NCBI RefSeq assembly: GCF_031769215.1
Contig: NW_026782015.1
Coordinates: forward strand, 2,356,001-2,420,000
DNA length: 64,000 nt
Reading direction: 5' to 3'
DNA from: Ylistrum balloti
Taxonomy: Eukaryota
Each line of letters opens with the position of its first letter. The first letter of the stretch is position 1. The notes under the pieces were generated by a model. That model ran no database searches and was not told the origin of the DNA. It saw only the letters and a program-made list of their open reading frames with translations. The translations under genes were made by a program, and so were the position numbers. Shown piece after piece: positions 40,851 through 52,026 of this stretch.

Positions 40851-41518
40851 CGTAATATGAAGCCTCATGTGTTATTTGCTTCAAATACACTCTGGCTCTT
40901 ATTTCGAGAATGAATTACATGGTAGTTTACATTGCTGAAAAGAAGATGCTTCCATTCCAAGTTACGTGTTCCTTATTCCTGTTCAATTCAAATTTTTTAT
41001 GTCCTATCTGGTGACTTTCTACACAAACATTTCCTTGATCATGACATTGATAATACAAAAAGTGAGAGAGAAATATATACAAGTTTGTTAAATTTTCAGC
41101 AGATAAAACAAACCGTGCCGCTTCCGTCAGCGAATTTGGAGTAATGTGAAGTAGTGTGGTAATTTGGCTGTATGTTAGGTTTTCAGATCTAGCAAACAGA
41201 CCCAAGTATAAAAGTATATTGTGCTGAAGTTCCTTGGACATCGTCAATAGCCTTTTTGCTATATTTTATAAAGGTATCAATATATCTACAGCTAAAGGAC
41301 TTGACTTGGTTATGTTAACAATTCTGATCAGCGCGTCGATTATTGCGTTTTCGTATGAAACCAAACGTTTGTTCTCTGAGGTATTTGACAATGATAAGTT
41401 TCGAACTTTACCAATTCAAAAACAGCACCAGCGTGTGAACGGAACATAATCCAAGCTCAAATTCAGTAAAACGAGCAAAATATGAACAAAAGATTGATAC
41501 ATTCCTGATGAAGAATAT

Positions 41519-41570
41519 GTCCAGGTGTTCCTGTAGTGTTAGCGTCTTCTTCACCGACAACACCTGCCAT
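41519..41570 (-). mobile_element. Dispersed PLE-associated motif copy
   Basis: ccaggtgttcctgtagtgttagcgtcttc...cacctgcc, similar to 42083 and 6150. Confidence 0.45.
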
Positions 41571-42082
41571 GGTCAGTTCAGTTCAGAAATGTCACGTTCA
41601 AAAATGAAAACGAGTAATATAACAACGTAACCAACAGGCAAACTATCACGCGCAACTTCATATCGCACAAAAAAAATAGAATTATTCTGAAATATTGCCG
41701 GTTATGTATTTTGACGAAATATGCTCACAAGTTCACAATCATGAATTATTTGCATCTTAGAACGGAGCATATATAACAAGAACATGAAGGGATTCTGTCA
41801 GTTTTTAATTAGGTTTAAAAGGGGGCCACGTGGAAAATGAAATGCTCCGATAGAAAGAACAATATCGGAAGATTTTCAAGATCAATAAAAACCTCTCTTC
41901 TGGTATTGCAAAAGTCGAATCCGATTGATTGTGAAATATACTACCATTATTCTGAATAGTAGTACTAAAAATTAAAATTATAATAAATGGATTGATAAAA
42001 CAACAAAGAAAATACATACATGTCACCATAATGAAACTAGAGCAATATATAAAAAAAAAGAAAGATATGCAAGGAGAATAAG

Positions 42083-42137
42083 ACCAGGTGTTCCTGAAGT
42101 GTAACCATCTTCTGCATCATCGAAGACACCCGCCATA
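42083..42137 (-). mobile_element. Dispersed PLE-associated motif copy
   Basis: gaccaggtgttcctgaagtgtaaccatcttctgc...cacccgcc, similar to 41519 and 6150. Confidence 0.45.
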
Positions 42138-42812
42138 GCAATAAAGATTTTGATTTAAATGTTGCTAAGCAACAAGACAGGAAATGCAAAATGCATTGTT
42201 AATATGGATTCTGAAATATGTTCTTTCTGGTTAAGTTAAGTTAATTTGGCTCGGTCTTTATATTTCGTTTTCTGAAAAAAATAGATGATAATGATAAAAA
42301 TTTGTTGTCAAGCAAGCCTAAATCTGAATGTTTATGTAGGAGGGTTTGAATACAAAAGATAAAATTATTTCATGCCTTTCATGTTCATCGTTAATTTGTA
42401 TTGACAACGAATTGAAGTAAATACTGACGTGTTTTGTTTCACGTTTGGTTATAAAATAATGAACTCAATCGTGAAAACCAATCAGAACGTAAATATAGCT
42501 CGGTATCTTTTCCATTTTAGCATTTTATGGCGTGGTCTTCCGCGTAATCTATAAAAAGTATGGAAATTCGTGATTATTGGAAGAAATATGTTAAGGTTTT
42601 TTCCTCATCATAACATTGTACATTTTATAGATCGCCAGTATAAGTCTGACAGTACAATCAACATTGATGCAGTAAGTCATAGGACGAAAACAGACCAGCG
42701 GAACAGTTGGTCATGCATATGAAACCAATACATATTAACTTGTACGAAAAAAAACAGAAGCGAATTAATCACTCCATGTCATCCAAGACTTATCTACGCC
42801 CACGAATGTGAA

Positions 42813-44262
42813 GACTTAGTTACCATCTCTATGTTACTGTAGACCTAAATACCCTCTCAATGTTACTGTAGACCTAAATACCCTCTCACTGTTACTGTAG
42901 ACCTAAATACCCTCTCAATGTTACTGTAGACCTAAATACCCTCTCAATGTTACTGTAGACCTAAATACCCTCTCACTGTTACTGTAGACCTAGTTTTCCT
43001 CTCAATGTTACTGAGACCTAAATACCCTTTCAATGTTACTGTAGACCTAAATACCCTCTCACTGTTACTGTAGACCTAAATACCCTCTCACTGTTACTGT
43101 AGACCTAAATACCCTCTCACTGTTACTGTAGACCTAAATACCCTCTCACTGTTACTGTAGACCTAGTTTTCCTCTCAATGTTACTGTAGACCTAAATACC
43201 CTCTCAATGTTACTGTAGATCTAAATACCCTCTCAATGTTACTGTAGACCTAAGTTGTATTGCACTCTCCACATAACTGTAGACGTTGTTAACCTCCCCA
43301 CTTCACTCTAGACTTAGTTACCATCACCATGTTACTGCAGGCTTAGTACCCTCTCAATGTTATTGTAGACCTCAATACCCACACAATATTACTATAGATC
43401 TGTCTACCCTCTCATTGTTACTGAAGAACTGTCTAACCACTCAATGTTACTGTAGTCGTGTCTACCTTCTCACTGTTACTATAGACCTGTCTTCCCTCTC
43501 ATTGTTACTATATACCTGTCTACTCACTCAATGTTACTTTAGGCCTGTCTACCCTCTCATTGTTACTGTAGACCTGTTTACCCTCTCATTGTTACTGTAG
43601 ATCTGTCTACCCTCTCAATGTTACTATAGGTCTGTCTACCCACTCATTGTAACTGTAGACCTGTCTACCCTCTACATGTTACTGCAGACCTGTCTACCCT
43701 CTCAATGTTACTCGAGACTTATCTACTCTCTCAATGTTACTGTATACCTGTCTACCCACTCAATGTTACTGTAGACCTTTCTCCCATCCCATTGTTACTG
43801 TAGACCTGTCTACCCACTCATTGTAACTGTTGACCTGTCTACCCTCTCAATGTTTAACTATAGACCTGTCTACCCTCTCAATGTTACTGTAGACCTGTCT
43901 ACCCACTCAATGTTACTGTAGACCTGTCTACCCACTCATTGTTACTGTAGACCTGTCTACCCTCTCATTGTAACTGTTGACCTGTCTACCCTCTCAATGT
44001 TTAACTATAGACCTGTCTACCCTCTCAATGTTACTGTAGACCTGTCTACCCTCTCAATGTTACTCGAGACCTGTCTACCCTCTCAATGTTACTCGAGACC
44101 TGTCTACCCTCTCAATGTTACTCGAGACCTGTCTACTCTCTAAATGTTACTGTAGACCTGTCTACCCTCTCAATGTTACTGGAGACCTGTCTACCCTCTC
44201 ATTGTTACTCGAGACCTGTCTAACCTCTCAATGTTAGTGTAGACCTGTCTACTCTCTAAATG
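42813..44262. repeat. 29-bp minisatellite, ~49 copies, two variant domains
   Basis: Left units atgttactgtagacctaaataccctctca; right units atgttactgtagacctgtctaccctctca. Confidence 0.96.
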
Positions 44263-46221
44263 ATACGTTACAGAAGACCCAGTTATAATATACCTCCTCT
44301 ATATTAAGGCATACCTAGGTACCCTACATATTTACTTTTAATATAATTACTGTTTCCATGGTGTTTTTGCGGCTTGTTGAAACAGGTATCAGTGCCGCGA
44401 ATTGTTTTGCCATTGCATTGACCACATTTAAAAATAAAGAAAAAAGGGAAAAGAAATCGTGAGTAGAGGTAAATGTAACTACATGCAGAAAGTCCCCTGA
44501 CCATGTCCCGCTCTATATATTTGTTAGATACTCTTGCTATCCTTTCATGGTCCTTAAAAAAAGTGATATGGCAGGTGTTTTATCTCATATTCATATTTGT
44601 AAAATCGATCGGCATTTGATATATTTTCTAGGACCTGACGGTAAACATACCAAGCTACACTCGGTAATGTGTTTGGTTAATTACGGTGAAAGCTCCCTTC
44701 TCTCGGGTTTGTAATTGCCTTGTACGCGTGGCGTCATAAAGCCAACTTTTATGTCAATCATAGTAAAAAACAAAAAATTAGCAATACCGCTGATAAGGGA
44801 AGGTCTGAATGTTTAATGTCGCAAACATGTGGTTCGCTTGCAGATTATTCTAGGTACGAGTTTTTTTTCTGTAAAACATATGAATATTAATGTGTGTTGA
44901 TGGAAGATATCTTCACCATGAACAGTCATGTCCGGAGTCAGACTGTGCTGTTGATTAAATAGGTTTGGGACTATCAGCAGTTTTGCCCTGAAAATACCAA
45001 ATACTGTCAGCGAGATACTAAAAATATTGCTGAATCGTCAGGGAAAGGTAGAGTGCATAATCAACAGTGACTCTGTTCTAGGAACTTAGCTGATTTGTAG
45101 AAATGACGTAACTGTGTCCTATCTGAAGCCTCCTGTCTGTAGGAAGGAGTGGGGACAGGCACGCCCTCCCGGACTGCGTTAGCACCAGAAATACCATTAT
45201 CGCTGGATTAGAACCGGTTTATTGTTGAGCAAGGTTTTATTACCCTGTTGGACACCTACATTAACGATACTTGTCTGGTTGTCTAGTCAACTTGACCATA
45301 TTCGAAGTTTCAGCTTTGTAATACTTTATACCAATTATTTTTTTCATTCCTGCACTCTAAATACTTAACATGATGGATTGGAAAAAATAACTAAACGACG
45401 TTCCTTAAGCGAGATGTACCGGCTTTAAACCCAAGCTTCTTTTTTCTAAAAATCTGGCTGTCTCATTAAAGATTTTGCATTCCAAAAGCTCCCTGCAACT
45501 TGGATTCATATTTATTAGCGACCGTAGGAAATTTTGACATAAAATCTGTAATAAAAATGACATTTCTATAGCAAAATCGTTTCCCGAAGAAAATATATTA
45601 GCATAATACGAATATAATGGTATGACCTATTGCCAGTTTATTGTGAGAACTCGTGTGATTCAGGACTTTCACATATTACCAGCTTCACAATCGGGAGTGG
45701 TGTCTGACAAATGTCATAAACCCAGGGTCTGTCCGACATGGCATTGATACGGCAATATAGTTTATGTCTTTTTCTGTACGAGTAAAAGCCAGCCACAATA
45801 CAACAATATTAGAAATCGAATCGAAGACTATAAAAATGTATGACATTCAATAGAAATAATACTTTGTATGTACTATATTTAAATTATTTTCAAAATAGAG
45901 ATATACTGTCAATTCTGGTGCATGTACCTGTATGACAAAGTCAATCAACAAATGCCCCTTAAATCTACGTCAGAATTTTAAGTGACGATGAATCAAATGA
46001 GCTGAACAATAGTGTTAGTTCGTAATTTGAATTTTCTAATCTCCTGTCAACAAAGTTCCAAGTAAACAAATATACGTAATGCTGTTGGTGATTTTAATGA
46101 AAGAATGTTTAAGAAAGGGTCACGTGCAAACTTTATTGATATAACTCAGTTCAGATCGATTATATCTTCTACTTCAACGTTTACTATGATGAAAAGATAA
46201 ACAAAATGCAAACGTTGGTGG

Positions 46222-48030
46222 TAGGTAGCATACATCCTTAAGTTCCTAAAATCGTGTTAACATATCTCCTGTGATATTTCGGATGTAGCATACACCCTTA
46301 AGTTCCTGCAATCGTGTTAACATACCCCGGTGATTTGAGTTTATGTAATACACCCTTCAGATCCAACAATAGTGTTAACATAACCCTGATGATATGAGCG
46401 GGTGTAGTATACACCCTTAAGTTTCTACAATCGTGTTAACATATCCCCGGTGATATGAGCGGGTGCCGCATACACCCTTAAGTTTCTACAATCGTGTTAA
46501 CATATCCCCGGTGATTTGAGTTTATGTAATACACCCTTCAGATCCAACAATAGTGTTAATATAACCCTGATGATGTGAGCGGGTGTAGTATACACCCTTA
46601 AGTTTCTACAATCGTGTTAACATATCCCCGGTGATATGAGCGGGTGTAGTATACACCCTTAACTTCCTACAATCGTGTTAACATATCCCCGGTGATATGA
46701 GCGGGTGTAGTATACACCCTTAAGTTTCTACAATCGTGTTAACATATCCCCGGTGATTTGAGTTTATGTAATACACCCTTCAGATCCAACAATAGTGTTA
46801 ATATAACCCTGATGATATGAGCGGGTGTAGTATACACCCTTAAGTTTCTACAATCGTGTTAACATATCCCCGGTGATATGAGCGGGTGTAGTATACACCC
46901 TTAACTTCCTACAATCGTGTTAAGAAATCCCCGGTGATATTAGCGGGTGTAGTATACACCCTTAAGTTTCTACAATCGTGTTAACATATCCCTTGTGATA
47001 TGAGCGGGTGTAGCATACACCCTTTAGATTCTACAAACGTGTTAACATATTTCCTGTGATATTAGCGGGTGCCGCATACACCCTTAAGTTTCTACAATCG
47101 TGTTAACATATCCCCGGTGATAAGAGCGGGTGTAGCATACACCCTTTAGTTTCTACAAACGTGTTAACATATCTCCTGTGATATTTCGGATGTAGCATAC
47201 ACCCTTAAGTTCCTACAATCGTGTTAACATATCCCCGGTGATTTGAGTTTATGTAATACACCCTTCAGATCCAACAATAGTGTTAACATAACCCTGATGA
47301 TATGAGCGGGTGTAGTATACACCCTTAAGTTTCTACAATCGTGTTAACATATCCCCGGTGATATGAGCGGGTGTAGCATACACCGTTTAGATTCTACAAA
47401 CATGTTAACATATCTGCTGTGATATGAGCGGGTGTAGTATACACCCTTAAGTTTCTACAATCGTGTTTACATATCCCTGGTGATATGAGCGGGTGTAGCA
47501 TACACCCTTAAGTTTCTACAATCGTGTTAACATATCCCCGGTGATATGAGCGGGTGTAGCATACACCCTTTAGTTTCTACAAACGTGTTAACATATCCCC
47601 GGTGATATTAGCGGGTGCCACTTACACCCTTAAGTTTCTACAATCGTGTTAACATATCCCCGGTGATATGAGCGGGTGTAGCATACACCCTTTAGTTTCT
47701 ACAAACGTGTTATCCTGTGATATTAGCGGGTGCCACTTACACCCTTAAGTTTCTACAATCGTGTTAACATATCCCCGGTGATTTGAGTTTATGTAATACA
47801 CCCTTCAGATCCAACAATAGTGTTAACATAACCCTGGTGATATGAGCGGGTGTAGTATACACCCTTAAGTTTCTACAATCGTGTTAACATATCCCCGGTG
47901 ATATGAGCGGGTGCCGCATACACCCTTAAGTTCCTACAATCGTGTTAACATATCTCCTGTGATATTAGCGGGTGTAGCATACACCCTTAAGTTCCTACAA
48001 ACGTGTTGACATATTTTCAATGATATGGGG
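46222..48030. repeat. 61-bp minisatellite, ~30 copies, with a recurring 59-bp variant unit
   Basis: Unit gatatgagcgggtgtagtatacacccttaagtttctacaatcgtgttaacatatccccggt, with internal IR GGGTGTA-gta-TACACCC. Confidence 0.96.
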
Positions 48031-49428
48031 AGGTGGTGATATTTGATATCTTTTATGATTCATTGAATAGATTATCATTCGCTCGCATGAATATTTTTAT
48101 TGATAATGTATTCACCTTCATAGAAAACATTATCCGTGGTAGCAATTTACGTGATTCCAACATATGTTATGTTAATATATGTTATATGTTATATGCTAAT
48201 GAAAACATATTACAGAGAAAAGAGTGAGATACTTTATACTTCAAAAGCTTTCACTTAGAGTTGTAAAAACTATTTTTAGGAACGGATGTGGTTTTGTACT
48301 GAAATTTGTTTTATCAATAAATATATTAGTCATGAAATGGGTACTATAACGCTAACAACGGAGCGAATTGGTTTCTTTTGAAGGTGTGTAGGGGAGGTAT
48401 TCAGTACTACGATACTAAACAGAAAACGTCTGGAGGAATTCAATCATATTGAGCGGTTATATCTTGTCACACTGATATCTTTATCGAGATAAGTCAAAAG
48501 GCGTGTCTTACAACTACGGTCAGTACGTGGTTACAAAGTACATCTGAACCGGAATTCAGTTTGATTCATTTTCCAAATATGCATAGTAAGACGCTGTTCA
48601 ATCGACATATGTGGGTGTCTAAATGAACTGTACACTGAATGTGAGAAAGAAACAGCTGTATGTATGTCACTTTTTCAATGATTCTTTATGATATTTGGTC
48701 GAATATTTGCCACGTTGTCAATATACTTGTCTTATTTGAATTTTGCTCCCTAAAGATTTTGAAGCTAATTACATATGCTCGCACTACGGTTCCACTTGTC
48801 ACTTAGGGAAATTTACTAATCCGTTTGAGAACATTCTTTCACTGATCAAATACCGAAGTACTGAAAGAAAGTAAGCTGTAGATCAGAATATATAGACAAA
48901 CAGAACTGCATACAACATACACAGAATTTCATGGAATATCCTTATATGGAGAGAACAACATCCCGGTGTCAATTTCAAGAACATAATTAAGTATTAAAAT
49001 TAACAATAGATGACAACAGCAGAATTTACTAACCCACAGAGTTCGTTTTGAGAGGAGGTGCACTCTAACCCAAGTAATAGTTGTTTTCTTAATTAGTTTA
49101 AGTATCTTATTTATAAGGATGTAAATAATTCATGATAGTGTTTCGCTTCAAACTGAATACAACAAGGACAAAAATAACCTGTACGGTGATGTACTTTAAG
49201 CCGAAGTTTATATATACCATCTGGACATCTCACTGATACAGTCACGTTTCCGTACCAGGAAACGGTGTGAAAACAAGTTCTGTTACACTGAGCACAAAAA
49301 GAGATTACGACAAAATATTAATGTTCTATAAAACCTTAATTTACCGATTATTTTCTGATCAAAGAAATTACATAGTCAAAAATTACACTGGTCCTACATT
49401 TTTTATCATAATATTTAGAGATTATTTG

Positions 49429-49737
49429 TACGGAGCCCGTTAACTGACATGCTCCATACTTATTTTATTTCGTTTTTTCGAAATAATAATTCGTTTTTTC
49501 GAAATAATATTTCGATTTTTTGAAATAATATTTCGTTTAAACGAATTATTATTTCGAAAAAACGAATTATTATTTCGAAAAAACGAAATAAAATATTATT
49601 TCGTTAAAACGAATTATTATTTCGAAAAAACGAAATAATATTTCTAATAAACGAATTAATATTTTGTTTAAACGAAATAATATTTCGAAAAAACGAAATA
49701 AAATAAGTATGGAGCATGTCAGTTAACAGGCTCCGTA
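49429..49737. mobile_element. 309-bp MITE with long TIRs and a 6-bp TSD (IS3EU-like termini)
   Basis: TIRs TACGGAGCC(C/T)GTTAACTGACATGCTCCATACTTATTTTATTTCG.. (>55 bp, 1 mismatch); internal ~22-bp tttcgttttttcgaaataatat subrepeats; TATTTG at 49423-49428 and 49738-49743. Confidence 0.88.
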
Positions 49738-50699
49738 TATTTGTATGGTCACCTAATTAATTTTTTTTCTCCAAAATTTGCAAATTTTAGGTTTTAAGGA
49801 TATGTATATCGTAAATTGCATGTGTGTAAGGTAGATTTAAAAATATTTAGCGACCTTCTACGTTTCTGGTTTCGCGCGTTTTGTCTGGTATATACAAGTG
49901 TGCACTGTCAAAATACAACATTCGATATTCATGCCTACTCCTGGGGAACGTATTGAATACAGCTTCTTTTTCAAGTTATATCTATTATATATGCAAATGT
50001 CGGTTTTTTAGAGAGATGGAAGCAATGCAAGAAGGGACCATGAATATGTTCTGAAACATCAAACATCACTCAAATATCGACCAAATAATTAATTTGTAGT
50101 TTGAAAGGAAAATTTGTCAGCAGTAGGTATTTTTTATGAGGTAAATACCATTAAGATATGTGTATCGGATGTATATATATAGAACGCTCGCTCTTGTAAA
50201 ATAATGTATAAAACCAAAGTTGTTTCAGGAAATCCGATTCCGGATATAAGAATGTATCTATATAAAATTATTTCCCAACGATTGCAAGTTGTTAAATAAA
50301 AAATGTGTTATATACACCAAATTAACAGCTCTCACGAATTGTGGGGTTTTTTGTTTTGTGTTTTTTTTTTTTTTTTTTTACATCATTACTTAATCTTAAG
50401 TCAATTTTTGACGTGACCCGGGGCTAGGCTGATGCTGTTTTGACGAAATGTCATTATGCCGTATTTGATGCTCTGTTATGACGTCAAAGATTGAGATTAA
50501 TACGTCAGATTAGACGTCACGTGGTTCACCATTAACGATGAAATCACCACAAGGTGTAATACCAATAGCGTTGTGACGATCTATTTATCAAATTCAGCTT
50601 GATATTAGTGGTGTAACACATATATCGTGTGGTTTAATTCATATAATATCAAAAAATCACAATTCATTTTATGAAACCCGTCACTTAACTAAATTGAAG

Positions 50700-51225
50700 T
50701 TACCATAAAACCCAATCACTGGACTAGATAGAAGTTACCCTAAAATCCATCACTTTGACTCACTGGAGTGAATAGAAGTGTCCCTAAACCTCATCACTTT
50801 GACTCACTGGAGTAAATAGAAGTGTCCCTAAAACCCATCACTTTGACTCACTGTAGAAGTGTCCCTAAAACCAGTCACTTTGACTCACTGGAGTAAATAG
50901 AAGTGTCCCTAAAACCCGTCACTTTGACTCACTGGAGTAGATAAAAGTGTCTCTAAAACCCATCACTTTGACTCACTGGTGTAAATAGAAGTGTCCCTAA
51001 AACCCGTCACTTTGACTCACTGGAGTAAATAGAAGTTACCCTAAAATCTAAAAACCTATCACTTGACTCACTGGAGTAAATAGAAGTATCCCTAAAACCC
51101 ATCACTTTGACTCACTGGAGTAAATAGAAGTTACCCTAAAACCTATCACTTGACTCACTGGAGTAAATAGAAGTTACCCTAAAACCTAAAAACCTATCAC
51201 TTGACTCACTGGAGTAAATAGAAGA
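50700..51225. repeat. ~44-bp minisatellite, ~12 copies
   Basis: Unit atcactttgactcactggagtaaatagaagtgtccctaaaaccc. TGACTCA occurs 11 times. Confidence 0.94.
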
Positions 51226-51682
51226 CATGCCGATGGATTGTCATTCACTTCTCAGTTGAAGAATTCCCTTACATATGCCCTAGTTTCTAATAAATTTTCA
51301 CTGATCACAATAACAGTACATAAAATCTTTGTTGTTACTAGCTATCTTTTATTGCCAGAGGAAGTTATTCTAGATTTAAAATACAATTCCATATCATCGG
51401 TATCTTTCCTAATAAAAAAATAAAACCGTTCTTTGGTTTCTTGTTTATGCACCTTGTAAAAGAGCCTCCCGCCACTCACGTTGTTACCCTTATTCTAGCT
51501 TTACGTTTTGGTTATTTAGTTTCTTTGGTTTGCTGTTAACCAAATATACAAATCATAACAGCATTAAATGGACGGGATATTTTTTCACATTATATCCTAG
51601 ACATTTATACTAACATGCCGTTTATTGATATAATTGTTGGATATTTCAATGCAACTTTCTCAGCTATCCTATTTCATTATAG

Positions 51683-51925
51683 ATGCCGAACAACCGGAAA
51701 TACCAGACTGTCCATCTCTTATCAACCTTTATGTAGAAAGAGGAAACGTTTTTTTCTATTTTAACATCTCAATAGACATTGATAATACGGGTGGAAACAT
51801 CGCTACACCACAAACAGCTGGGAAGGTCGCCGGAAGTCAGTTCGATAATGGCTCCTCAAAAATTCGATATCTGGCGACAAACTTGACAGGATGTAAATTT
51901 TTTTGTGTAAACATATTAATGATTA
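51683..51925 (+). pseudogene. HYR-domain-like exon, probably decayed
   Basis: Phase-1 acceptor ttcattatag|AT, then DAEQPEIPDCPSLINLYVERG...DNTGG...AGSQFDNGSSKIRYLATNLTGC. This fits the HYR pattern DxExPxxxxCP...DNxG...GSxFxxGxxxVxYxATD..G..C, but the N-x-x-x before the final Cys is missing and there is no clean donor. Confidence 0.55.
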
Positions 51926-51992
51926 GATACGTCATACGGTTTAATATATATTTTTTATTTAATTTTTCACCTGTTCGGCCCAATACTACAAT

Positions 51993-52026
51993 CAGGGACG
52001 TATAATACTAATATTATACGTCCCTG
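51993..52026. mobile_element. 34-bp TIR-only element with a 7-bp target-site duplication
   Basis: Perfect 15-bp arms CAGGGACGTATAATA-ctaa-TATTATACGTCCCTG, flanked by CTACAAT at 51986-51992 and 52027-52033. Confidence 0.8.

Noticed and set aside
40927-41247. 106-aa minus ORF superficially like a DIRS tyrosine recombinase
   Set aside because: No catalytic R-H-R-H-Y motifs, and the adjacent + strand is better explained as decayed PLE sequence.
19327-48030. CRISPR-like appearance of palindromic 29-61-bp repeats
   Set aside because: Units are head-to-tail with no unique spacers, there are no cas genes, and the context is eukaryotic.
50700-51225. Telomere-like CCCTAA in the 44-bp unit (and TTAAGGG in the 33-kb array)
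   Set aside because: These are single hexamers inside longer units, not tandem telomeric repeats.
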